64,000 nucleotides of DNA from Nemertoderma westbladi (taxonomy: Eukaryota; Animalia; Xenacoelomorpha), in the NCBI GenBank assembly GCA_032718475.1, contig JAUCBJ010002168.1, forward strand, positions 27,322 through 91,321. Direction: 5' to 3'. Made by a program: the position numbers and the translations under genes. A model generated the notes under the pieces. The model did not search any database and had not been told where the DNA came from. It saw nothing but the letters and a program-made list of their open reading frames with translations. Position 1 is the first letter of the stretch. The number at the start of each line of letters is the position of its first letter. Shown here piece after piece: positions 1 to 11,517 of this stretch.

Positions 1-204
1 ATTCAATTATGCTCATTCATTTTTAATTAATGGAGGTTTTTAACCATCCGGCCGACAAACCACACTTTTGCTCACTTTTGCTGTAAGACAAGGCATCAAT
101 ATAACCCCAGTGATCCCATACCCTCTCTTGTTGTGGACTATTACTACAGTATATCATTGTACAAGCTGCGGACCTGTCTGTTGACACCGTCCTGCTGGAC
201 GGTG

Positions 205-328
205 TTGTAGCCTTCCACCCAACCCATTGCGTATCTCAGAATTAAACTCCACACAGCACAGCCCATACCTGCCATTGCTTTCATTACGCCACATCGCCAA
301 GTGGAGATTCAATTGTGAATTATTATAA
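205..328. repeat. Dispersed repeat, copy 1 (copy 2 at ~1597-1746)
   Basis: Both copies share TTGTAGCC..CCACCCAACC..CATTGCGTA.CTCAGAATTAAACTCCACACAGC...CGCCAAGTGGAGATTCAATTG in direct orientation. Confidence 0.8.
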
Positions 329-1596
329 TCATTATTAGAATGACAACACAGTGTTGTTGTAGTGTACCAGTACCAGACTGAGTCTTGTAATAGGCCCCAC
401 TAACAACTCCGGGCTACGTTCTGAAATAAAGCCTCTGGAATATTATTAAATTATTTTCTTTAGACATTATTCACTAGAAAGCCAGTCTGTCAATTTAATC
501 GTCCAGTATCAATTCCCGCGGGCTAATACAATTTATTTTCGGGCTAAGGATGCCCTGCCCACTGGCTAAGAAAGCTTGCGGGTAAACGATTCCCATTTTG
601 CGGGCTAAGAATTCCCGCGGGCTAAGTCATCACCCAACCGAACATACAGTTGACTGTAACTGCTTTACTCGCATCTCTGTAACAACAACCCAAATGCTGT
701 GATTCACAGTATGCGATTTCACCGTGCTGTCACCGCAAGTGTATCTGAGAACAGGCCCATTACTGGTACAGCTACAATTTGTTTCAAAAAAATTAATGTA
801 ATACATCGAAAGGAGCAGGTTAAAGGGGTTGTGTTTTCTAACCAAAACAACAAACCAAAGTAGATTTCATCGATTTGCGCTGGAGAACTTTTTTATTTGC
901 GACCAACTGGCGCCACTATTTGCGAGATAAGGTAGAAATTTTAATTAATATCGAGACAAATACAACGTCTGTTTAATTGTTTTTGGGCAAACAGAAAAGA
1001 CCTCCATGTTGAAATTTTAGTAAGAAAGTTTAGTGTAATAAATTAGTTTAGTACACATTACTACCTGCATAGTTCCTTTGCGACCAGGCCAGCTCAGTGC
1101 CAGGAGGCCAATCTCTTTGGTTCGCGGCCGCCTCCTGTGTATGGGTTAGTTGGCTGTCTAATTTCTTGGGAAGCCTTTAGTAAATTTCGAAATTTCGGGG
1201 AATTCCATTCCACAGCAGATAAATGGTTTTACATGCTGGGGCGGCATAAGCTAAGAGCCATTACACATGCTATGCCTTTACTTTGTTAGTGGTCTGTCGC
1301 TGTCGGCACCCCAAGCTAATAATATACAGCAAATAGCACGGAGACCGCTGACTCCTGTACTCCCTATGACATAATTTGTTGTCGAATCAATTATTTCTCC
1401 TTACAAGAAAGCAACGTATTTCCCACTTGTGGCCAGCCAGAAGGCCACAATGTCAACTGATATAATAATACCAAGGGATATTCTCATATTACCCCCCCCC
1501 CCCCCCCCCCCCCCCCCCAGGATCTAGCCATTGGCCAGCCAGGATACAATTATTGTATCCTCCCATGTATCCCCCCCCCCCCCCCATTATAATGTA

Positions 1597-1746
1597 TTGT
1601 AGCCATCCACCCAACCAACACATTGCGTAACTCAGAATTAAACTCCACACAGCCCCTACCCGCCCTTGCTTTCATTACCACCACACCGCCAAGTGGAGAT
1701 TCAATTGCGGCTGTTATTTTCTGATAATCGCTGTAAATTATTATAA
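1597..1746. repeat. Dispersed repeat, copy 2 (copy 1 at ~205-328)
   Basis: Diverged direct copy of 205-328. Confidence 0.8.
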
Positions 1747-1995
1747 CCTAGGCGGTGCGGATTAAATAACGGCTATAGCGTACAAACCTATGGTATGATA
1801 TGGACGTGGTGTCCTGTGTGCTCTGCAGACATCCTACAGAGCACATGGAGCTTTACACACACAGGGAGAGCGAGAGAGAGAGAGAGAGAGAGGGCTGCTT
1901 GATTGACACACGGCTCAGTGGGAATCTAGACTTTGAAGTGCAGCGCCTTTGGTAGAACTCAATGGCAGGATTTATAAGCCTGGTTCATTTCAATA

Positions 1996-2050
1996 TTTGA
2001 TCAAACTTTGATCAATGTTTGATCAAAGTTTGATCAATGTTTGATCAAAG
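1996..2050. repeat. Five tandem 11-bp units with palindromic core TTGATCAA
   Basis: TTTGATCAAAC TTTGATCAATG TTTGATCAAAG TTTGATCAATG TTTGATCAAAG. Confidence 0.9.
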
Positions 2051-3219
2051 GAATGCTTTTTGAGAGCGGGACTGTATTAAGAGCCCATGTATATTAATCA
2101 TTACCAATATATTATACTTATATTTGTACAGACTGTACGACATTAGTTTATTATCATGATATTTATTAATGACAATTATCAACACACTTGACGACCTACT
2201 TATTACTTTAATTAATTAGTTTACTTTACTGTCTATATTTATAAATATACAACGCCTGAATGAATTATTACATTTGAATTAACTTATTATTAATACTATT
2301 ATCTTTTGGTTCTCATTAATTGTAGAACGATATCTTTCTTAGGACTGTTAAATTAGTGTAAATCTATAACCATCTTTTTAGGACAACTTAAATTCTGCTA
2401 TATTTGATATATTATGTTTAGTGCTATTTTAACCAAATGATAGTATATATTATACATACATACATACTGTACAGCACATATACCCTTAAACACATTATAT
2501 ATTTCGTCTTCGATATTTACCTTTCGCCATAAGGATTGTTTGTACAACACTCTATACAGTATAATGGGATTTCGATACACATTATACATTATATTTCGGT
2601 ACTTGATTTTTGCCGTAAGGGTAACATTTTTCGATTTCGATATTTGGCTTTACCTCAATGTATAAACCGCACTATTATTATTGCCTTTGTACGCTGCACC
2701 TTACCACAATAAGATTGGGTCTTTTGTTTTTGTGTACGATATACTGTATCATTGAATTAATTTTTCAATTTTGACATTTAATAACCTTATCATAAACCGT
2801 TTTCTCACCCTACTGTACACATTATAAGTACGTTTTTATTGTGCTTTTTGTCTATTTGCGCATAGATCTATTACTATTAATGCTGTTGTACTCTGCGTTT
2901 TTCACCATCGAGGTTTCTGTTTTGTATTTGTGCACAATATACTTCGGAAGTAACCACGCTATCTCTAAAGCCTACTGTGCCACTAACTAACTAGTCTATA
3001 TCTGGTATTTACTTTATTTTGATTTAATGATGTTTCTGTTCCTTATTTAATAATGATAGTTCTAGTCAAACTACTGTATGTATATTTCTATTTCTCCCCA
3101 TTTATGCTATTTAAGTACCCTTATTAGTTTATGACAGAACCCTGTATTATAAAAGAGACGGAATTTTGATTTGGTGGTGGGATGCAATAATTTTAACTTT
3201 ATACATTCCTAATACCGCA

Positions 3220-3265
3220 TTATAGTCTGAAGTAGCCCGGTTAGGGTGAAAACGTTCACTAATAA
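3220..3265 (+). ncRNA. Degenerate minimal type-I hammerhead ribozyme (Penelope-like element remnant)
   Basis: TAGT-CTGAAG(T)A-GCCC ggtta GGGT-GAAA-ACGT-TC-ACTA: stem I TAGT/ACTA, stem II GCCC/GGGT, palindromic AACGTT stem III; one extra base in the CUGANGA core. Confidence 0.6.
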
Positions 3266-3532
3266 GAAGTGTTTTCATACAACCAGCATAGACCCCAACA
3301 CTTACCCAAACTCTGTTTTGTTTTGGTAATTATTATTTATATATGGTCACCCTCAGCCTCACCCTCAGCCTCAGCCTCAGCCTAGGCTTCAGCCTCAGGA
3401 CCATTCATTACCCATTCATTATGCATTTAAAATAGGATCAAGTTGACTTTATTTGTCTAATTAAACATATTATTATGAAATTACATCATTAATACGACTA
3501 AACATAATAAATATTTCAAACATCAGTTATAA

Positions 3533-4281
3533 TTAATGTATCGCATTAACTGTACGACTGTTCATACACCTAGGTCGATATACAACAGTTGCTGGAGATA
3601 TACCTTTTCCATTCCCTACTCTGATTTTCTGTCCATTTTCATTGTCATTCTCCTCTGATTCTTCTTCACTGCCATCGCTACTCTCCTCTGCTTCTTCTAC
3701 ACTAGCATCATTACTCTCCTCCGATTCATCCTCATCACTCTCATTTCCATCATTATCACTCTCCTTATGCAAATGTATCTGCATTATATTCAATTGTCTA
3801 ATTATTTTCTGCAATTTATTTTTATTTCCTAATATATGTCTTAATATCTCCTAATTATCTGAGTCATTCTCCTCCCCACTTTCATGTTCCGCGACTTCTA
3901 TCTCGCTCTCATTTTCTTCATCACCACTCTCATTTTCTTCTTCCTCTATCTCACTCTCTGTTTCATCATTCTCAACCTTTTCACTTTCCTCTGATTTATC
4001 ATCTTCCTCACTCTCATCATCCTTTTCACTAGGTGGCTGTTCCTGTATATTTTTCAAAATGTTCATGATTTTCTCGAATTTATGTCCCATCATTTGTTTA
4101 ATCTCAAGAAAGTCACTCTCAACTCTCTTTTTGTTCTCATCTCCACTAAAAATATCATCATTATTTTTTAATTTCTTTGGAGAAGGTTCCATTACACCTT
4201 TCTATGTATACTCATATGGCGGGATATATTGTCTCGTCTCATTTCTTTATCACAAACCATGCACTTTTCATAACTAGACAT
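3533..4281 (-). pseudogene. Disrupted ORF: N-terminal C2H2-like finger plus acidic/helical repeats, probably from a mobile element or virus
   Basis: 4281-4192 reads MSSYEKCMVCDKEMRRDNISRHMSIHRKV*; its TAA overlaps the ATG of ORF 3851-4192 (TAATG); that ORF is in frame with ORF 3533-3814 across one TAG. Confidence 0.5.
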
Positions 4282-4972
4282 TTTATGAAAGAAAACTGTA
4301 TTATGTTTTTAAATGTCTACATCATCGTGTCTGCACGGTACTTCATATAGCGCCCCATTTGGAGATTTCCAGTGAATGTTTGGATTTGACCTGACCAAAT
4401 TGGTTTACTACGGAAGATCCGCAGTGGGCACACCTGAGTGGGTGTGGGCCACTCGGAATCAAACGAGGCGGCGCACATATTGACATTTGGCGAATGTACA
4501 TTTCTTACAGTAGGGGGTCACTGGGTTAAGAGTTTTTACGGTATACTTAATATGAGCTTAAAGAAGAAAGTGTTGGCGATGTATCTGAAAATAAATAAAT
4601 AAACGTTGCTCTTTGTCTCTCTCAAGTTGATTTGGATCGGTCCTACGAATTACCCAAAAAAAACACAAAATTACCCAAAAATACACAAAAGAACACAAAA
4701 AAACACAAAAATCTACCCAAAAAAACACAAAAAACACAATAAAACACAAAAAAACACAATACCACCCAAAAAACTTACCCAAAAAGACAAACATAATTTA
4801 TATCCTATAGCAGGGATATAGCAGTATAGGGTTGGAAAAATAAGACTGTAACCTGTGTTTTTTGGTTATCGTTTATTGTTTTGATTAGAAAAGCCTGCTA
4901 CTGTAACCTGCTCCTTTCCATTAATTAAGAAATCTGATTTTGTAAGCTGTCTGGCAGTCTGGGTGGGTAGGC

Positions 4973-6382
4973 TTACCGGTAAACCGGTGGCAGTAGGTCA
5001 TTAAAGGAATCATCAAATGAACAAAATATAATATATTGAAAAAAGTGAAAATTGAAAACTGAAAATTCTTCTTGTTTGACATTCCCCTTCTCAGTATGCC
5101 TCTCAACCGGACCGGCGTCTCCTCCGGACCCTCCGTTACACCAGTTCTGGTTCTGTCGTCCGGTCCCTGTAAGTGGGGTATTAACAAACGTTTCCATAAC
5201 TTCTGGCTCCTCGTAAATACTACCCGAGCCAGTCTCACTCTCTGATAGTCCCAACTGCGCCAGTTCTAGTCGGCGCTTCTGCTTGGCCTGATAGTGCATA
5301 AGCCCCCCTAGCCGGGCATGCATATCATACCGCATACGTTTTCCCGCTCTCTCTCTCTGGTTGGCCAACTCTGCCTCTCTCGTCTCCCGCTCTCTACGCT
5401 CGTTCTCTATTTTTGCCTCCCGTTCCTCGCGCTCCCTACAGTTTCTCGCCACCCTCTCGGCTCTCTCTCTACATTCCCTGGCTAACTCTCTCTCTCTTTC
5501 TAATAATGCGGTTCCCTCGTTCAATTGTCTCTCTAACTCTTTCTGGTCTAGCGCAGCAATGTCTAGTTGACACGCTATCGTTGACAGATCTATCTCTAAC
5601 ACCCTTCTTGCTTTTGCGGAGGATGTAGCGGACTTGTCGGTCGCGACGGACTCCCGTTGCATCTCTGTCCTACTAACTTTCCCCCGCTTTCTGGGGTTCT
5701 CGCTAACCAACGAGACCGAATCCTCGGAGTTAACATCGGGTTCGCCCTCTTGCGGATCTGCTCAACCAACTAGCTTAATTCCCCTGGCATCCACTAAATA
5801 CGGCCCTACGTACACTATTTCAGGCTCCATAATCCCGGATCGCCACAGTTCGAATAGTTCGGTGGCAACCCCCCTCGCTCTCTCACTCGCCAGTTCTCCC
5901 TGCCCTAAACGAACTAGATACCGAAAATGTTTATTCGACTCACCTAGCCGCTGGCTCAACTTTCCCTGGTTTACCTTCTCTCCCTCTTTGGCCTCCTTTA
6001 ACAGTTTCTTAGTGGCATTGTAGGCCCGTCAAAGCCGATCGCTGGTCCCGATGTCCTCTTCGCCGACATCTCCTCCTCCTCTCCTGGTGCGGCGTCGTAC
6101 CGGTGGCCCCACCATTGCCGTTCCGGTGGGCCGTCCGTCGCCCTCGGCCTGTGGCTGGCCAGGGACTTCGGTACTCTGACCGCCATCGTGTGTCGACTCG
6201 TCCCTTCCTCGTGGTAGACGGCCGCCCTCCGCTTGGGCTACCGGATCTTCCCTCTTCGGCGAATCCGGCGTCGCAGGTCGATACCGTCTCGTCGTGGCCT
6301 CGCGGATCGTTTGGTTGGTGTCGTCCGGGGTCCGCGGCGGCGTCCTCTCTCCCTCTGGTAATCGGGGTCCTTTATCGCTCAT
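4973..6382 (-). pseudogene. Gag-like ORF of an LTR retrotransposon (possibly BEL/Pao-like), two in-frame TGA stops, 3'-truncated
   Basis: ORFs 6029-6382, 5762-5959 and 4973-5710 are in one frame separated by single TGA codons; begins ~75 bp after an LTR; has an S-rich DSVSLVS..SSAKARR segment then an E/R coiled coil; coding character is lost near 5060. Confidence 0.6.
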
Positions 6383-6457
6383 CCTTTACTCCTACAGTCA
6401 CAGTTTAGTAGTTGGTAGTTTCTCACTGTGATGGGATCAAGGGATCCCGACCGGATA

Positions 6458-7056
6458 TGTAAACTACGCGTCACCGTGTTTGCTTTAGGGATCGCTGCTG
6501 GTATTTAGGCCGAGGCCGTTGTAGTAAAATAATCAGAGTTGATGTTGTCTCTTGATATTTGGGTAATAATAATGGATAAAATGTAACAGCACAGTAAGGA
6601 TTGCAGATATAATAACTGGATGGATACCGGTATAATGTATGTTGGTGACGGTGATGGTGAGAAACATTACCAGTCTGCATTAAAGCTGATAACTGGATAC
6701 CTGAACCGGTAACTAATATGCATTGATAATATATGTGATCACTTCTACACTACTGTGGCCTTTCACCTAGTGGATGCTCTCCTTCGCCCCTATTGGCTAA
6801 TAATCTACTTCACACCTCTCCCCTCTCTGGGAGTGTTTCCCCCCCCCCCCCCCCCTGTTGGCCCCTGCTGGTTGTCTCCCCTCCCGAGGTGATTTGACCT
6901 CTAACCTCCCTTTGTGTGGTTTTGGGGTTGTGTTGTCCCCGGTGTTGGTTGTGATACGAGATTAGTTATTGCTAATCTCGTATCTCCAACATATTGCTGA
7001 AAAGGTGCCACTTCCCATTTTATGAGGGTAGTGCGGCGGAATTGAATCCGCTTACA
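6458..7056 (-). mobile_element. LTR (~600 bp) inserted into an RTE LINE
   Basis: Minus strand begins TGTAAGC and ends GTTTACA (TG..CA with short inverted repeat); interrupts the RTE RT at ..AAKIYN; a homologous copy starts at 63693. Confidence 0.75.
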
Positions 7057-8330
7057 TTATTGTATATTTTGGCAGCTACCACAAGCATACAGATCCCACG
7101 ATAGTTTGTTGGTATACCGAGGTCTCCTTTCTTGGGGAGAGGCTTTAGTTGACCTTTAGTCCAAATTGGTGGTGGCCTTTCCCCTTTTAACATCCGGTTG
7201 CAAACATTCAATAATGGTCTGTTTAGCACTCCTGTTTTCCATACCTCCGCTGGGATTTCATCTAATCTACTCACTTTATTATTGGACATGCTTTTAATGC
7301 TTCTTTGGAGTTTGGCAGGTGTGAAGTCCCCTGTTTCTATAGGTAGTGTCTTGTCATATACAGTATTTTCCTTGTAGGGCTGACCTCGATGTTTGGTGGC
7401 TGCCCAAGCAAGTTGCTGAAGTGATTTTTCCACTTCCCAACACGTTCTTCAGGACGATCGGCTTTGAGGCGCCCCTTTGGACAACTTTTCCGACCAGATA
7501 CCCCATTTACAGTTTTCCAGGTAAGTCTTGATTGTTGCTGTATGTGAGCAGTTGTAATTGCTTCAATTTTATCATGTATGTACTTTTCCTGGTTGATGTT
7601 GAAGGCCAATTTAAGATCGTCCTTAGCTTTCGCAACCTTGTTAATGTTTTCTGTTGTTGGTTGTTCGGTTTTAACTTTGTAGGCTATCTTAAGATCTTCT
7701 CTCTTACAAGTAATCTCAGAGTTTTGCCATGGCACATACTGTTTTCGTTTGGGCTTCTGGGGGATATGCCTCTTAGCTGATTCCTTGTGGGCTGTTATTA
7801 TATTCTGGTATATTGAATCGGTAGACTGGTCTTCATCCATTGACTGAAGTGCTTCAAAGCGGTTTTGAACTTCTACTGTGTAAGCATCCTTTACTGCATT
7901 GTCAGTTCTGAGTTTCTCCCAGTCATAGTTGATTTGCTTGCTTGTCCTGGGTTTGCTGACTCTCAAACTGAGTCTGATCTCTGCAGTAACAATTCTGTGG
8001 TCCGAACCAATTAGGTTGAACGAGCAGTATGCCTCGCAGTTGATCATGCTGTTTCTCCACTTTTTGTTTATAAGGATGTAATCCAGTTGTGCTTTGGTTC
8101 CATTAGGGTATTGAAAGGTCCATAGCTTCCCCTTACTCTTTTCGAATGTGTTGTTTGTTGGTATCAATTCACATTCTTCCATTAGGTCTAAAAGTAAGTA
8201 CCCATTTCTGTTAGAACTGGTGTTATACTGTAGGAGTAACCCTTGATGTCTTCTGGGCCAATTTGCGCATTCAGGTCACCAGCAATGACTTTAAAATTGT
8301 GTTTTGGAATGTCCTTTATAAGTCCAGTCA
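7057..8330 (-). mobile_element. RTE-type LINE fragment (APE endonuclease C-terminal half to RT N-terminus), frameshifted
   Basis: Motifs GDLNAQIG, NRNG, QLDYIL, SDH (APE), then EIPAEVWK and LPKKGDL..NYRGI (RT). Confidence 0.9.
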
Positions 8331-8749
8331 GTTTTCGAGCAGATCGATTTGAGCAGAGTGAAGCTCTGTTAAATCAGATGAAACCGGTTTACCTTATCAT
8401 GTGATGGTTATTGAGGAATGTTGCTGGTTGAGTGAGATAGACACGGTAAGACATGAAATAGGTAAGTCTTGGCGAGTGAGACCTAATAAATAACTACATA
8501 TGCCTCACAAGGATAGAGCTTTATCCTATACTCTTTGTAGAAAAGAATCCACCTTCCATCTGAGAATATATATACTGTAATTTGCATACCATACAGTTAG
8601 TTTGACAGAACAATAATTCATACAACCATTCCTAGTGTCAATGTGAAAAGGACAGTTAGCATTAATGTGGAAATGATAATCTGCTTGAGGGTTAATGGAT
8701 TTCTTATTTATATATTGTTTATACATTCCAGAAACATATACTGTTTTTC

Positions 8750-8940
8750 CTGTGGGGCGAGCCACGAAGTGAGTGAGCCTCAGCGTAGGGGTACCATTAA
8801 TCAACCTGTCGTTCTGTCGATTTTTTTTTCAGTATATTATTTTAAACGTTAATAACTCGGCCAATCCTTGATGAAATCTATCCAAACTTTGTACACATGT
8901 TGTTTGGCAAAAGTTTGAAAATTTTCCAAGTAGAATTTGC
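8750..8940 (+). mobile_element. Helentron/HINE-like non-autonomous element fragment (related copy ~27614-27730)
   Basis: TGTGGGGCGAGC.ACG...GTGAGCCT.AGC.TA.GGGTA shared with 27614; followed by AATAACTCGG..AAACTTTGTACACATG typical of DINE-1/HINE-like bodies. Confidence 0.5.
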
Positions 8941-9620
8941 GTGGGGCCTTCGTGCAGCATCAGTGTAACTGTTATTGCAGTTATAATAAATTTATTTATC
9001 CAAAATTAAAATGCGTTAAATTATTATTACTGTAGGATAAATCAGCTGGGTTTCTGACAAATTTTGCAATACATTGGGGCTGTCGGCCAATCTGCATGTA
9101 CCGGTACTGTTAGGCTGTACTCAATCCCTGAATCGAGAATCCTGCAATCAGTCAATACTGCAACACTGGTCAGCCGGTACCATACACTGCAGACATGCCA
9201 TATCATGTAATCTAATTGAACATGGCCCCGGCAACCCTTGCGGTAATTATAGTTTAGGCCTAATTAGCCCAGTACCGGCACCGGTAATAATAATATAATA
9301 GTTTAGATAGTTACCGCTAATCATTCAGTCATTGGCACGGTACACCGTATTGCTGTACTGCCGTTGTAGTGCGCACCGTAGGTACCACCCTACTACTGGT
9401 ACCGGCTGACCGGTGGCAACTAGCACTTCAGCACTTGCACAGCAACAGCACTACCGGCGATACACAGGTTGGAATTTATGTAGAGTTTGCTCAACAGTAG
9501 GCCTACAGATATAAAATAGTTATCTAAATTATATATATTACTATTGACAAGTATTGAAATATATACCGTTATTCGTGTTATCAGTATTTGCAACATCTGA
9601 CATTGAAGAGGTGAGAGAAG

Positions 9621-9955
9621 ATGAATACCGGTACTCAACAAAACCAACGCTTATCACAGGTCGGTATGGTTACCTCGAAACCGGCGCGACTGTCCACTCG
9701 AATACAACTTCAAAACACAAATGCCAACAATAAACTGAAAGCGAATCGAACGTCTTCAGAAGAATCTGTCATTGGGACGAAGAAAAGGAAGCCGAAACCA
9801 CGGGAATGGACCACAGCTAAGATTGAATGCTCCCATTGTCAGAGTTCCTGGACCGAAATTGAAACACCAATTGCCGATGGGCTTGATCTCTCAAACCAAA
9901 ACTTCCTCTGCGGGGTTTGCGCGGCAGTAAAGATTGAAAGTCTGGAAGCTGGCAT
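9621..9955 (+). pseudogene. LINE (CR1/L2-like) ORF1 N-terminal fragment with PHD-like zinc finger
   Basis: Basic region then IECSHC..W...FLCGVC..KIESLE; similarity stops near 9955. Confidence 0.5.
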
Positions 9956-10329
9956 CCCTAGGTATTATTATTATAAAGAGCGTCAGCCTGCGTTTAATAA
10001 ATATATTTTAATACAAAACAGGTCGAACGCAAAGAGGCTTATAATGAAGACGAGTACTGCATTGATTATATTCCTATAAACCACCTGGCTTTGCATATTG
10101 AACGTGCGTTTGGAAATAAGTTCGTGCTACCCTTCCGTGGGTGGTAGATGTCGCGGTTATGTATTGGTGGGTGGGGGGAGGGGGGGGGGGGGGTGCAGAT
10201 TAAAAGGGGTGAACACGTACTGTCCCCCTTTCTTTGATTAATTGGTGGTGTGGGTTAATCTCTCATAACCTGATTTTGTGATACAGTCGCACAATTTTAA
10301 TTTGCATCTCTTAACTGGGCCTCGTGCTG

Positions 10330-10618
10330 CGCGAAGGCCCCACGAACGTGTCAACTGGCGTCTAATATATTGTTTAAACGCATCATGATTTAGGAAACCA
10401 TATTCCCAAGGGATATGATGACTTTTATCTCTGGTATTTGCTACTTTTATTTCTTCAGTTGAATTTAGAGTTAAATGGAGTGGTGCTTTAATGTAATAAC
10501 AAGATTGTATACAGTTTGATTTCAAATCATAAACCACAAATTCTTTAAATATTACGGAATAAAATGAGTCGTTGAGTACATGGTATTGAAAATCAACAAT
10601 AAACCCGTCCCTATTCAA
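10330..10618 (-). pseudogene. DEDD/RNase H-like fold fragment resembling Maverick/Polinton accessory proteins
   Basis: FIVDFQ...IFKEFVVYD...YYIKAP...HHIPWEYG resembles the recalled hVDhQ..hKEhA..hKPP..HGh.W..G pattern; no ATG start, truncated. Confidence 0.45.
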
Positions 10619-10872
10619 GTGAATCAGAAAATATTTATAAAAATAATAAGCAGGATAAGAATTACTATCAAAAAGAATAAAAAGTTATAAACATCTTAAT
10701 TAAATATAATAATGGGTGAGGAAAATTGTAATGAACTTAAAATACTTTTATTAACCAATAAGAAATAGTAGAAATTGTAAAATGTCCTTCCCACTCAACC
10801 TCGTAACGTAATCATAATATATTCATAACTTCCGTGATCTAACCTTTCTAACCCACTTCAAAAAGTTTCGGG

Positions 10873-11517
10873 ACTCTTACACTTTACCGTGCCATTAAAG
10901 CCATATTTTGATATAATAAAATGATCTTAAAGTATTTGTTCTAGAACAAAATATATTTGTTCTAGAACAAAATTTTTATATTAAATGTATAGATAATATG
11001 TTCCAGAACATTAAAAAAAAGAAACAAAAAATAGCTAGTATAAAAAATTCATACAAAGATAACATAGAATAAAAAATTAACAAATTAGCTAGTGCTTTGT
11101 ATTTTTTGTTCTAGAACAAAAAATATTTGTTCTAGAACAACATTTTTATATAAAAAGGATTGATAATGTTCTAGAACATTTAAAAAACAAGAAACAAAAA
11201 CATTGATATATTAAAATGATAGTTTTTAATCTATCATATCATAATAAGGGAAACTAGAAGGAAGTGAAGGAAGTGTACCCGGTTTAGTAACAAACAATAA
11301 AAACATTAGCTACAAAAGACGTAACAAAATGTAATTGTACGTAGAGTAAATTACGGTGTTACTTGCGTAAATATTTATTATATAATTATAACAAATATAT
11401 TTTTTTGAATTATATTGAATAATATAGGTGGCCCGGCAAACTGCAAGAGAGCTCCTCAGTCCTATTACACTTTACCGTGCCATTATAGCAATAGGTGGCA
11501 CGGCAAACTGTAAGAGT
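10873..11517. mobile_element. MITE-like element bounded by inverted repeats, with internal ~170-bp duplication
   Basis: ACTCTTACACTTTACCGTGCCA (10873) versus TGGCACGGCAAACTGTAAGAGT (11496-11517); six internal GTTCYAGAAC palindromes. Confidence 0.55.

Noticed and set aside
1095-1262. HDV-like ribozyme
   Set aside because: GGTTC/GAGCC and GCCGCCTCC/GGGGCGGC pairings and a GCTAA are present, but I could not build P1/P3/P1.1 in the required order.
4558-4821. Hydrophobic or K/T-rich short ORFs
   Set aside because: Translation of an A/C-rich low-complexity tract.
4973-6382. TGA recoding or alternative genetic code
   Set aside because: Host genes end normally at TAG, TGA and TAA and have no internal stops; decay of a mobile element is simpler.
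10770-10860. Chromodomain fragment (minus-strand RYEVEWEGH)
   Set aside because: Too short and surrounded by stops and frameshifts.
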